Part shown: positions 1 through 10,009 of the stretch, piece after piece
How positions within the stretch are numbered: the stretch's first letter is position 1
Layout: every line of letters starts with the position of its first letter
Origin: an uncultured delta proteobacterium
GTDB lineage: Bacteria > Desulfobacterota > Binatia > Binatales > Binataceae
Direction of reading: 5' to 3'
Assembly: GCA_963724765.1 (NCBI GenBank)
Contig: CAVRVY010000001.1
Location: 192,001 to 256,000, forward strand
DNA: 64,000 bases
The notes under the pieces: generated by a model
Told to the model about the DNA's origin: nothing
What the model saw: only the letters and a program-made list of their open reading frames with translations
The model's database searches: none
Program-made: the position numbers and the translations under genes

Positions 1-1
1 C

Positions 2-340
2 GTCAAGTGGGATTTGTTTTTGAATCTGGGCGTCGCGTACCTAGGTCAGAACGAAAGGCAGAAGGCGATCAAAACGCTACAAATTGCTGTCTTGCTCGGA
101 CCGAATCATCCCGAAGCGCATTTCAATCTCGCGATCGCTTATGAAAAGAGTAACAGGTTACGTGAAGCACTACAGGAAATAATCGTTTCGCTGTACCTGG
201 CGCCAGAAGATCCTGATGAACAGAATACGAAAGGGATCATCTGCGCTGAGATGGGAAACCTCGCGTGCGCGCGTGACGAATGGGCGCACATGGTGCAAGT
301 CGCGCCCAACTATGCGCTCGAGTCAATCTGGCGATTCTGA
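2..340 (+). CDS. TPR-repeat protein, C-terminal part (5' end outside window)
   Basis: Frame open to window edge; TPR motifs NLGVAY...A, EAHFNLAIAY, NTKGIICAEMG. Confidence 0.75.
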   Translation, partial: VKWDLFLNLGVAYLGQNERQKAIKTLQIAVLLGPNHPEAHFNLAIAYEKSNRLREALQEIIVSLYLAPEDPDEQNTKGIICAEMGNLACARDEWAHMVQVAPNYALESIWRF

Positions 341-734
341 GCGGCTCACATATGCCATTGACGGTTTCGACTTCGAGCACGCTCTGCGGTGACGGGTCCC
401 CGTTTGCACGCTGATGTTGCGGGATCGATGTCGTATTTCATCGATGTCACTCGCTCTTTCGAGCAAAGGCTATGCAGGCGCATCTCATCAACTTCTACAG
501 GAACGCCCCGCCGCCGAGGCTATGTATCGTGAATCGGCACAGCGCTCTGTCGATATTGCAAACGGGTTTCTCAGGCGTTTGCCTGGATTCGGGCGATCCC
601 GCGCTAGCCAATCTTCCACCAAGCGTCAGTTCCGATTCGGGGTTTCGTCGATTTCGGTTTTTACTGCCTCGGCTCCTGCGGCTCGAGTAGCCGTGTTCCA
701 GTTTGCGCTCCGCGGCCCGGTGAACATCCGTCAG

Positions 735-1026
735 GTCATGCAGCAGCAGCGCGCGCAACAGCTTCTCCGGCGCGATCGACGGCCGTCCACCGCTGGCGTA
801 CAGCTCAGCCAAGCGCGATCCCAACTGCTTGAGCGCCGCATCGACCATTATCCGGACCGTCCGCAGCGGATGCCCTTGGGCACTCGTCGCTCCGCCGAAT
901 GTAACTGAACATTCCGCTTTGCTGCTGGTCCGCCCCACGCATCCCACTTCCTCCGCTACCGACGATCAGCTCCCACTCTACATGCCGTAACTAATCAATC
1001 GCGATCTTTTTTCCGCAGCCTGTTAG
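735..1026 (-). mobile_element. IS5/IS1182-type transposase N-terminal remnant with IS end
   Basis: HPLRTVRIMVDAALKQL...LYASGGRPSIAPEKLLRALLL is typical of this transposase N-terminus; IS-like end CTAACAGGCTGCGGAAAAAA at about 1006-1026; DDE domain absent. Confidence 0.7.
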
Positions 1027-1049
1027 AGGGTGAAAAAAGAGGATCGGAC

Positions 1050-1432
1050 CGTCGGGGTCGCGACCGGCCAGTACAACTTCCCCCCCGCCGGCGCAGCTCG
1101 AATATATCGACAACCACTACATCGTGCTCGACCATACGCTGCTGGTCGGTGCGTCGGCGGGAGCCGCTTATCGCTGGCATAAGTACCAGTTCACTTTCGA
1201 CGGACTCTTCAGCAGCGGATTGCGCGGCGGCTTTGCGAACGAGGAGCAGCTTCCGAAGGTATGGCAGTTCAACCTGAGCGGGGCGCGAGACTTCGACGCG
1301 CCGGGGCTCGGCATGGTGACCGACCGAATAATCCTGCTGAACATTTTGATCGAACCAACCTGATCCGGCCCGCCACCGGAATCGGTGTCTTTCAGTCTGC
1401 GTACGGACCGAGAGTCACCGTATACGACGCTG
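1050..1432 (+). pseudogene. TonB-dependent receptor C-terminal fragment, frameshifted
   Basis: Across frames: YIDNHYIVLDH...GLRGGFANEEQLP...LLNI/FDRTNLIRPATGIGVFQSAYGPR, resembling a TBDR barrel end; no N-terminus. Confidence 0.6.
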
Positions 1433-1712
1433 ACCGTGCCGTTGCCCTCGCTTTAGAATTGGGGCAGACTCAGCGCCACAAACGCGGTTCCGGAGAATGG
1501 CCTCTTCGATCGCAAGATTTCGACGGCGTATGGCCTCGTTGATCGTTGCTGCCGCTTTAGTGGTAGTCGCGACCTGGTTGGCAGCGGCGAGCGCACCTCA
1601 ACCTACGCCTGCTAGCGCGAATCCGTCCCTAAGTAAAATACGGGCCGTGTCGGCTCACTGCCGTCAATACCCGTGCCGGACGGGAGCACAAGCTTGAGGC
1701 CAAGTTTTCGTT

Positions 1713-1744
1713 CGGGCGACAGCCCTCGCAAGGGCTGCCGCCCG
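1713..1744. terminator. GC-rich stem-loop downstream of DHOR gene
   Basis: CGGGCGACAGCCC-tcgcaa-GGGCTGCCGCCCG inverted repeat 25 nt past the stop; no clear U-tract. Confidence 0.45.
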
Positions 1745-1768
1745 TGTGGCGTGCGCCACCCGCAGCAG

Positions 1769-3277
1769 TTACAGAGTTTCGATGAAGTCGACGATCTGTT
1801 GTTGCTGGCTGGGGCTTAAAGCCTGAAAAGCTTGAGCCGCAGCCTTCCCCTGCCCATCGTGCAACAATATCGCAGTAGGTATGTCGGCAGCACGGCCGTC
1901 ATGTAAATAGAATTCACGAGCACGTATTCCCCACAATGGCATAGTACGCACCATAGTCGGTCCACCTACGTCAGTAGGTGAATTATTATCGTTCACTCCG
2001 TCTGCCATACTGCCCATGTCGTGCATCAGAAAGTCACTATATGGATGATAGGTAACATTAGCCAAAGTCGAGTTCATTGTCGATGTAAGGGGCTGACCAT
2101 TAATGGTTGGAGGAACGAATGCAGATGGATTTGATGCGGTCGTTATCGACTCGACATGACAACCGGAGCAATTTATCTGCCCAAACAACTGCTGTCCAGC
2201 CTGACTGTCCGCAGTTTGTGGAGCTTGAGGCGGAGGTTGTAATCCGCGCATAAAATCGGTAAAGCGATCTAAATCTGCGCGTCCGGTCGAATCTACTGTG
2301 TCTTCCGGGTCATCAGCCACCTGTAGAGGTACACCAAACTGAGTGACGCCCATTGCACAGGTTGTGTTCGGATTCTTATTTAAATCATTGGTAATACCAA
2401 TTTCGTTAAGATAAGCGTCACCGGCAAACCCTAACAAGGTAGCATGTTCATCCTTCCATCCGAATCTGCCGACATGCGGAGTTGATAGGGCTGCCAACGT
2501 GGCCGATGACACTTCGGACGTAGGCGGACCATTCTGGTTCGTCTCGACAATCATCCGAGTCGATCCGCGGATCGATGGATCTTGGTTAGCTGCGATTTGC
2601 TCAAAGGTCTCATCGGCAGTTGCTTCGACCAAGCCATCGCCGTAAATGGGCAATGATTCTCGATGAGCAATGCAAGTTGGCGTTCCGGTTGTCCCAGTGT
2701 CGTTGGACGTTCCGGGAATGCAAATTGGTAATTTGTATGAAAAGCCTCTGGTTTCCTCGACTTGTTGACAGGTGGAGGCCCTATCGTCTGCCAATCCTAT
2801 CTCTCCGCCCAGTGTGGCAGCCGCTATCCCGTATGGAAAGATCACATCCGTATTCTCCATGGTTGGACCTTCCATAAGCATGTTGTCTACTGCAAAGATT
2901 CTTACAGGAGGTCCCCCGGTTGATAGCCGTTGCTCAAACAGATTCAGGCCGCCCCCTCCCATTGCTGGATTGCTATGACAAGCCGCGCACGAGGTATTAT
3001 TGAATAAGGGCCCTAATTGACCAGCTGGACCTGTTGGGTTAGTTGCCGAATTTAGAGTCTCGAGTTCTTTCATATTCAGCTGACCATTGACGAAATTGGT
3101 CATGTCAATTGAGTTGCTTGTCATCGCCGCAAGCGGATCTCCCATTCCGGAATAGGTAGAAAAAGTAGGATTTAAACCGGATTTCTGATTTCTAAAGTGA
3201 GTTTGCGAATTAGCGGAACCCGCAGACAAAATTAACATAATTCCGACTACTATAGACATTTTGATGCTATACATCAT
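1769..3277 (-). CDS. Secreted di-heme oxidoreductase (DHOR family) protein
   Basis: Signal peptide; two CxxCH motifs (SCAACH, NCSGCH); LGPLFN, GRFGWK, PYSDFLMHDMG, RTMPLWG, YLHDGRA motifs. Confidence 0.85.
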   Translation of the reverse strand: MMYSIKMSIVVGIMLILSAGSANSQTHFRNQKSGLNPTFSTYSGMGDPLAAMTSNSIDMTNFVNGQLNMKELETLNSATNPTGPAGQLGPLFNNTSCAACHSNPAMGGGGLNLFEQRLSTGGPPVRIFAVDNMLMEGPTMENTDVIFPYGIAAATLGGEIGLADDRASTCQQVEETRGFSYKLPICIPGTSNDTGTTGTPTCIAHRESLPIYGDGLVEATADETFEQIAANQDPSIRGSTRMIVETNQNGPPTSEVSSATLAALSTPHVGRFGWKDEHATLLGFAGDAYLNEIGITNDLNKNPNTTCAMGVTQFGVPLQVADDPEDTVDSTGRADLDRFTDFMRGLQPPPQAPQTADSQAGQQLFGQINCSGCHVESITTASNPSAFVPPTINGQPLTSTMNSTLANVTYHPYSDFLMHDMGSMADGVNDNNSPTDVGGPTMVRTMPLWGIRAREFYLHDGRAADIPTAILLHDGQGKAAAQAFQALSPSQQQQIVDFIETL

Positions 3278-3789
3278 TGGTGCCCTCAGCCCTGTTCAAG
3301 TGTGCCGACAAGCCGTTGACGAAGCGGACCCCAGCCCCCATCTCCCCAATTAGGCTGATGGAGATTGGGACCGCTCCCCCAGTCGTGGTAAACCGACCAC
3401 GACTGGAGGAGCTAAAGCCTCGATTACCGGCGGTGGCCGAATTTTTGCGATTCGCCCCTAAAGCGCTCATCGCGCTTTCGAGAGCGCTCAAAAGCCAACA
3501 TGCCGCCTGCGATTGCGGAGTTGGCTACTTTGTTGTTGGGGCTTAGTAGGAAGGTGAACCGCGCCCGCCGAAGGTATGAACCTTAATGAAGGTGACTGCG
3601 CGTCTGTTTATCCGATGCCCAAGATGGGAGCGATGATGATGATAGCGACCGCTTCCGTGCCTCTGCTGATTCTGCATAACGCCCCCCCAAAGCTTGCAGC
3701 TTCAGGCGCTTCCAGAAAAACGCTCCATGCATTATTCACGCGCAAGTCAACGATTGCAAGAGGATGTACGAGCGCTCGCTCGACCGAGA

Positions 3790-3988
3790 CAGCCTTTGTT
3801 CCCGGACGACACGCCGAAGAACTACCAGCTGTTGGCGCAGGAGGAGATTCTCGGCCTCAAGCCGCGCTCGACGTGTGAACCGCGGCCAGGTGGCAAGCAG
3901 CAGCTGGTCAGAAACGCGACCATCGGCCACTTCATTACCATACGCCCACGCGCGCGTCATCCCGGATAAGGTTTTCGGGAGGCACAGG
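3790..3988 (-). mobile_element. Integrase-core IS family left end and transposase N-terminal remnant
   Basis: RRARLEAENLLLRQQLVVLRR matches the N-terminus of the 16732 transposase; terminal CCTGTGCCTCCCGAAAACC. Confidence 0.65.
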
Positions 3989-5164
3989 TACCAAAGTCTC
4001 GGCGGCTTGATTTTCGGAAGTCGTCCGCCAGTGGTCGATCCTTAGAATCGCGCAAGGCCCGGCAATCGGGGCAATTTCCTGATCGCTCGTGGGAGTCTAC
4101 AACGTTCAGGACCGGTTGGCCAACAGCCAACGCCATTGTGGATAGAGTCTCTTCCGAAGCGCAAATCAGGTCCTTGAGCAAGAATGTGTAAACAACGGCA
4201 AACCCGACGAGGAAATACCCGATGAACGAACCAAAGAAAGAAGCCCCTCCCGTCACTTGCGGGAGTGCAAAGTTCGCGTGAGCGGCAAACTAGGCGACAT
4301 CTAATGCGCCTTCTTGCGCGGCGTCTTCTCTGGGGTGCTGGGCAATCTGCGCCCTGATCTGGCCAACCCCCAGTTTCAAAATCCTGACGCGCATGATCGG
4401 TCTCTATTGCCTGGCGGATGGTTTGCCTGGATTAGTGGGGGCGCGACGACGGAGTGGCAGGTGGACCGAAAAGCCGTCTGGACGGCAAAGCATTGTTGCG
4501 TCCGCTCCGCCATAGCTGATCCGGCCACAGGTACTCGCGGCCCAAGCCTCCCTGGCCGGAACATAGCCTCCGAATGTACTTCTGTTCAGACCGACCTGCG
4601 GATACCTGTCGTAGCCCCGGTAGACGTTGTTCGAGTGTAGCCCGGACTTCCCCCTCTCCACAGAGCGGGACTTCCCCCTCCCCACCCAGGGCCGTAACAA
4701 CCCGTCCAGAGTTGCGAAGAGCAGCATTCCAAACATTCTCCGTGGAGCTATGAACAAAGGGACAGTTAGTCTGGCCATCTGAAGGAGAACCAAGGGTCGT
4801 GCTGTGTTCATGCGACGCTGAAACGAAAGACGCTCGGGCGCGGAAGAAGTTACATGTGGACAGGCCTAGCGCAGCGCTTCTCCCTACTTCAGTAATAAAC
4901 CGACGAGCCACGCGAATCGAGATGAGAACCGCTGCAGCGATCTCACCTATGCGAGCGCGCCTGTTCAGAAAAAGATCGATTTCCGGACAAAACAAAACGC
5001 AAAGGGATCCGCCGCTGTCAGCCACGCGCGGGCTATTTCGACGTGTTTAGCGAGATTAAGAGAAAAAAGAAATAACTTCATGCCGGAGGAACCAACTGGC
5101 GTTGGAAATCAAAAGGAAAGAGCGCAAGAGCGCCTCGAAAAGACAGGTCGGCGGTCTGCATCAT

Positions 5165-5391
5165 CGCTACGGACGGCTCGCCGCCTAGCTCGTACCTGCT
5201 GCCGCTGGCCGACGAATTGTCTTGCAGCGCTACGCCATCGTCTGAGAATCTTTGTATCAGAGGTTATTGGATCTCGATTCGGCTCCGTCCGTGTTAAGTT
5301 CAGATTGCTGCCCACTTACTTCAGCGCACCAATTCGATAGCAATTCTCATCGCTGAAATTGCGACTCCAGTAGAAATTTTTCGAAGGGAAG
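5165..5391 (+). mobile_element. Right-end remnant of integrase-core IS family
   Basis: Aligns by eye with 17730-17960 (CTACGGACGGCTCGCCGCC; CCCACTTACTTCAGCGCACCAATTCGAT; GCTGAAATTGCG). Confidence 0.75.
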
Positions 5392-5734
5392 GGGTCGGGC
5401 TCGAGAGCTGCCCGGTCTTCCACCACAACCCTGAAACCTTTGCGGATTTCAATCGTAACCAACTTCTGTGGCGTAATTTTGCTACCGGATAAAGGCCAGT
5501 ATTCCTAGGGACGATCGGTCATGCGCGGCTACCTCAAGCTGACCGCCAGGCGGTAGGCAGGATCTGACGATAACTGAGGCACGTGCGGTACCTGATGATC
5601 GTTACAACTGTCGGAACCGGCCGGCGCAGCCATCCACGATGTGATGTGGACGGCGCGCCGATCGGCGATAAACGAGCGAACGCTGAGATTTACAATTCCC
5701 CGGTTGCCACGGCGTTACTGGGCGGAGATCCGGA

Positions 5735-6007
5735 GTGATTATGGCGGAGATGACTGTGGAGATCAAAAACCGGCTTGATTTGAATCTGCTCGCCGCCTCG
5801 ACGCTCGCTCGGACGGCCGGCAAGTTCGCTGCGCGGACTATGATCGGGTGCGGAAAGAGTCAGGTCAGCGCCAAGAGCGTGATGGAACTGATCATGCTGG
5901 AGGCGGGGCAAGGCTCGAAACTCAAGCTATGGGCTGAAGGGGACGATGCGATCGATGCGGTCGCAGCGATTCAAGCGCTGTTCGAGAAGCGCTTCGGCCA
6001 GGAATAG
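5735..6007 (+). CDS. HPr-family protein lacking His15 (Crh-like)
   Basis: About 90 aa with HPr pattern (VEIKNRL..., SAKSVMELIML, AEGDDA); GLHARP is replaced by DLNLLA. Confidence 0.8.
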   Translation: MIMAEMTVEIKNRLDLNLLAASTLARTAGKFAARTMIGCGKSQVSAKSVMELIMLEAGQGSKLKLWAEGDDAIDAVAAIQALFEKRFGQE

Positions 6008-6163
6008 CCCTAAAGAAGAGACCTTTGCGTAACTCGCGCGGCAGGATTGTCCCAAGAGAGGTCGGCGCGAGCATCGCGAGCAGCGGGAGAGGTCGCTTCG
6101 AATTTTGCAGAACCACAGATGGTGAATGAAGTCATTGCTCCATGGTTTTCAGAGCACAGGAAG

Positions 6164-7456
6164 ATGAATCGAAAAATTAATGTTCGCTCAGGTGCAATTG
6201 CGGTTGCCGTGATGGCATTGGCGATCCTGACTGCTTTGGTCACGAAAGCGACTGCGTCCGACCCCCAAGCGATAGGGCCCAACCCAAGTTCGGAGAGCTA
6301 TCTGGCCGACTATCCGGCGCCACAGCCAGGCGCTCCCCCTGCGATCGAGATCGCACAGGCGGCGCAATCGCAAAATCTTCAGCCTGGATACGTTCCGCAG
6401 CCGCCGACTCAGGGAGCGCCCCATCAGACTCTCACGCTGCCGCAAACAGCTCCGCAATCACCACCGCCGCCGGCGCTGGAATTGCCTCGGTCACAAGGTC
6501 AAGAGGGATCGTCGCTCGAAGTGCCGATTGAGCACCAGCCGCAAACCAACGTCGGCAGAATTTCGATCACGGCCACTGACGACACCGGACGATGGATTCA
6601 GGACCTGCGCAAGCAGGATCTCACCCTCTATGAAGATGGAATCCAGCGGCCGGTTCTCAGTCTTCAGCGCGACGTCGAGACGCCCGCAAGTATCGGTATC
6701 GTAGTTGACACCAGCGGCAGCATGTCGTGGAAGCTGGCGGCCGCCGAAGCCGCGCTGCAGCACTTTGTTCGGACCCTGAATCCGAACGACCAATTTTTCC
6801 TAATAGCGTTTTCCGACCGCGCCTTCCTGCTGCAGGACTTCACCGACAATCCCGCGGGTCTGAATCGGGCGATCGGGCTCCTTCACGCCCAGGGCCGGAC
6901 CGCGTTGTATGACGCGGTGGTGCAGGGGCTCCAGAAGGTCGAACAAGGCCGATGGCCCAAGAAGGCGCTGCTGGTAATGACCGATGGTATGGACAATGCC
7001 AGCTCGAACTCGCTCAACGACGCCATCCAGGCTGGGCGCCGAGGAGGGGTTTTGATTTATACCGTAGGCATCGGCACCACCGGTGCGCCGACGATGGCGA
7101 CGGGTCCGATGATGATGGCGCCGATGTTCGGTGGTGGTGGGATACGGTTCGGCGGCGGTCTCAGGCATCACACGGGTGGCGGCGAGGACGAACGGGTCGA
7201 TGCGGCCACGTTGCGGAGCTTGAGCGATGAAACCGGGGCAACAACCTTTATAATCAATCCTCACGTGAGCGATCTGTCCGGGCTCGACTCTCACTTCCAA
7301 AGCATTTCGGCTGAGCTGCGCGAGCAATACACCGTGCGCTACGCGTCAGCCGGCGGCGCCCGGCCACATCAGATTCGGGTCGAGGGATTGCGTCCAGGAA
7401 TGGAGGTGCGCGCGCCCAAATGGGCGGTCAACGGCACCTCTGGATTCGCCGGATAA
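6164..7456 (+). CDS. VWA domain protein (VWFA-related) with Pro/Gln-rich linker
   Basis: N-terminal hydrophobic segment; MIDAS DTSGSM; TALYDAV; LVMTDGMDN; ELREQYTVRY. Confidence 0.85.
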   Translation: MNRKINVRSGAIAVAVMALAILTALVTKATASDPQAIGPNPSSESYLADYPAPQPGAPPAIEIAQAAQSQNLQPGYVPQPPTQGAPHQTLTLPQTAPQSPPPPALELPRSQGQEGSSLEVPIEHQPQTNVGRISITATDDTGRWIQDLRKQDLTLYEDGIQRPVLSLQRDVETPASIGIVVDTSGSMSWKLAAAEAALQHFVRTLNPNDQFFLIAFSDRAFLLQDFTDNPAGLNRAIGLLHAQGRTALYDAVVQGLQKVEQGRWPKKALLVMTDGMDNASSNSLNDAIQAGRRGGVLIYTVGIGTTGAPTMATGPMMMAPMFGGGGIRFGGGLRHHTGGGEDERVDAATLRSLSDETGATTFIINPHVSDLSGLDSHFQSISAELREQYTVRYASAGGARPHQIRVEGLRPGMEVRAPKWAVNGTSGFAG

Positions 7457-7651
7457 ATCAACTCCGCCGGCGATTCCGCGGTTTGGTGGAGGCTAGGGCG
7501 GGCGTTCACTCAAGGTTGGTCGACTGGTATAGAGATCACCTCAATTATTTGAGCATGGTGGACGGCGCGCTTCGTACTCCTTTACGTGAGCCGGATCGAG
7601 TAAAAGTTCAGAAGGCCTCTGAAATGAGGATCCAAAGATAGAGTGCCGCGC

Positions 7652-7667
7652 TGGCACAATGATTGCT
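7652..7667 (+). promoter_or_regulatory. Sigma-54 promoter consensus
   Basis: TGGCAC-AATGA-TTGCT, exact -24/-12 consensus in an intergenic gap. Confidence 0.55.
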
Positions 7668-7706
7668 TTCGACGGTCTGAGCATGTTACGAGTAACCAAA
7701 CCCTCG

Positions 7707-8162
7707 TTACTTCTTGCGCACCTCGCGGCGCGTCAGATGACCAGCCTCGTCATAGTATTCCACTATGTCGATGACACCGCGTTCGCTTGGATCGCGCTCC
7801 ACTATCGCGAGCGTTCCGTTGGGGCGAAAGGTCTTGACAGTCTCAGGCCTCCCGTCGTAGTCGTCATCGCGAATCTCGCGAACCACAACACCGTTGTAAT
7901 ACTGCTGGACCAGATCGACCCGCCCGTCGAAATTTCGGTCGCTCTCGACCTCGACGATTCGATCGCCTTTCACGTCTTTGATAAGGTCCGGTTTCCCGTC
8001 GCCGTTGGTATCGATCGCTATCTGGTACTCATCGCGGCTGACGCGCCGGACCCACTGGTCGGGCCGGCCGTCGCGGCCGCGATGAGTGACGACTCCGTAA
8101 GAGCCCCTGTCGCAGGAGAGAAGTGTGAGAGCTAGCGCCACATACAGAGCTGCTGTGCGCAT
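7707..8162 (-). CDS. Lipoprotein with DxNxDG (EF-hand-like) repeats
   Basis: Lipobox LLSC; DTNGDGKPD, DRNFDGRVD, DDDYDGRPE motifs. Confidence 0.7.
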   Translation of the reverse strand: MRTAALYVALALTLLSCDRGSYGVVTHRGRDGRPDQWVRRVSRDEYQIAIDTNGDGKPDLIKDVKGDRIVEVESDRNFDGRVDLVQQYYNGVVVREIRDDDYDGRPETVKTFRPNGTLAIVERDPSERGVIDIVEYYDEAGHLTRREVRKK

Positions 8163-8508
8163 GCTTCCTTATACACAGCGGCGGGCTGCTCCTCAACTTT
8201 GCCGTCTGCTTCTGACCTTGGTGCTCGTTTCTGTTCCATTGAACGGAATGCCTGCAGCCCGAGCGTCGAGGCTTATTCCCCTCAGAACAACCTTCGTACC
8301 CTTCGACACGAGCATTCAGTCGCCTAACCCGACGGCGATTCAGTTCAGCGTTGCGGCGCCATCGCACAGGCGTGTTGCCTTGGCTCCTAGTACGATCTCC
8401 TTCCCGATCCCGCAACAGCGAAACGTCTCTCCCGACATGGTTATCGATGACCACTGTCGATCCGGTGTCGCCGGCTTTCCCAGCATACGGTCACCTCCTC
8501 GAGCTTGA
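8161..8508 (+). CDS. Hypothetical protein ending in RSPP, upstream of efflux operon
   Basis: Hydrophobic N-terminus and C-terminal IRSPPRA, a tail seen in small ORFs preceding metal transporters; weak. Confidence 0.35.
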   Translation: MLPYTQRRAAPQLCRLLLTLVLVSVPLNGMPAARASRLIPLRTTFVPFDTSIQSPNPTAIQFSVAAPSHRRVALAPSTISFPIPQQRNVSPDMVIDDHCRSGVAGFPSIRSPPRA

Positions 8509-8716
8509 TGTCTTGTCGGGCGAATCGCGTTGCCGTTTACACGCGACGCAGCTCGAAAACAACTAACAATCGCGCTCTTCGCAGCCCGTAACTTCGGTCA
8601 TCGAAGGGCTTAACTAGCGATGGTTCGCTCGATTCGCTGAGCAGCTTTCGCAGTGCTGGCCTCGTTGCCGCACGAGCGAGAGCATTCGGCCATCGCGAAG
8701 CAGACTAGGAGCGTCA

Positions 8717-10009
8717 ATGCTGCATAAAGAGAGAATTGGGGGCGCGCTGATAGTGGCGCTATCGATGGTCGGGCCCTTATTCGCGACGCCCGGAAATATT
8801 CGCGCCGAGCTCGGCGTGGAATCCGCACTCGACGCGACTCAGCTCGTCGAAATAGCGGTGGAAGTCAATCCGCAAATTAAGGCTGCGAGAGCGCAATGGG
8901 AGGCGGCTCAGCATCAGATTCTGCAAAACTATGCTCCTGCGGATCCGGTCTTCACCTACTCGAATGTGGATAGCAGCAAAGACTTCAACGCGGCTGTCCA
9001 CGCCCATGCATTGAGCGAAAATTTCCAGTTTCCGGGAGAAGCGTTTCTACAGGCGGATGAATCAAGCCGGACCGCCGAGATTGCGCGTTTGACGTATGAG
9101 GCGGCGGTGCGGGACCTGCGAGCCGCCGTCGAGACCGCATATTACCAGGTACTGCTGGACAGTGCGCTGATCGAGGTCAATGCCGAGAACATCGCAAACC
9201 TGAAGCAAGTCGTTCGAGTAACTCAGGTCCAATACACGGGGGGCCAGGCGGCCCAATCCGATCTCATCGGTGCCGAGTTAGCTCTCCAGCAGGCTCAGTT
9301 GCAGCAACGCCAGTACCAAACCAACCGCTTGAACGACCGAGTAGGACTGAATCAACTGCTCTATCGGAGACCTGCCTCGCCGTTGAACCTTGACCAGAAG
9401 ATCGAGCTGAAACCACTGGAGATCCGGCTGAATAAAGCGGTCGATACCGCAACGCACGCGCGCCAGGAGATACTCGAAGCCGCGCTCACGGAGAAAAATT
9501 CAACCACGGCGGTGACACTCGCTGAGATGGAATATCTGCCGAACTATACGCTCGGATACGAGTTTGACTACATCCTGCAAGTCGGTGCGCAGCCCCTTCC
9601 CCACGTGACCCAGGGCAATACATGGACCATCGGATTCAATCTGCCGATATTTTTCTGGATCCATCAGCGCGAGGACGTGCGCTCGGCGCAACATTCGTTG
9701 CAGGCCGCTCGTTACAGCATGAATTCCGTCCTAAGCCAAACCGAGGCAACCGTCACGCAATTGTACCAATCCGCGCAATTCGCCTACGAGTCGGCGCAGG
9801 TGTACAGCGGGGAGCTGATTCCCTTGGCCGACAAGGACTTCAAAGTGTCATTGGTCGCTTATCAGACGGGCAAAGTCGACTTCCTTACATTGTCCTCGGC
9901 CTTGCAAAGCGACTACGCGTCGCGCCTCACTTACCTTCAGAACGCAAATTCCTTCTTCGCCGGAGAAGTTGCGTTGGAGCAGGCGATGGGGGTCTCGTTT
10001 CAAAAATGA
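8717..10009 (+). CDS. TolC/CzcC-family outer membrane efflux protein
   Basis: Two OEP-type halves (AVEVNPQIKAAR; YLPNYTLG; AYQTGKVDFL); heads an RND operon. Confidence 0.88.
   Translation: MLHKERIGGALIVALSMVGPLFATPGNIRAELGVESALDATQLVEIAVEVNPQIKAARAQWEAAQHQILQNYAPADPVFTYSNVDSSKDFNAAVHAHALSENFQFPGEAFLQADESSRTAEIARLTYEAAVRDLRAAVETAYYQVLLDSALIEVNAENIANLKQVVRVTQVQYTGGQAAQSDLIGAELALQQAQLQQRQYQTNRLNDRVGLNQLLYRRPASPLNLDQKIELKPLEIRLNKAVDTATHARQEILEAALTEKNSTTAVTLAEMEYLPNYTLGYEFDYILQVGAQPLPHVTQGNTWTIGFNLPIFFWIHQREDVRSAQHSLQAARYSMNSVLSQTEATVTQLYQSAQFAYESAQVYSGELIPLADKDFKVSLVAYQTGKVDFLTLSSALQSDYASRLTYLQNANSFFAGEVALEQAMGVSFQK

Noticed and set aside
4400-4760. Minus-strand GAGAGGGGAAGTCCGGGCTAC resembles the RNase P RNA 5' motif; short repeat GGACTTCCCC occurs twice
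   Set aside because: No matching 3' motif (ACAGAAxxCGGCTTA) or P4 pairing found; an Rfam/Infernal scan would be needed to call any ncRNA here.
7659-8135. 158-aa + strand ORF downstream of the sigma-54 site
   Set aside because: It starts inside the promoter motif and is the antisense shadow of the lipoprotein gene.
9622-10005. ORF-track N-terminal extension of the first adaptor (also seen for atpA, atpB, atpC, istB and the DHODH-like gene)
   Set aside because: Extensions overlap upstream genes; internal starts at or near the upstream stop codon fit better.
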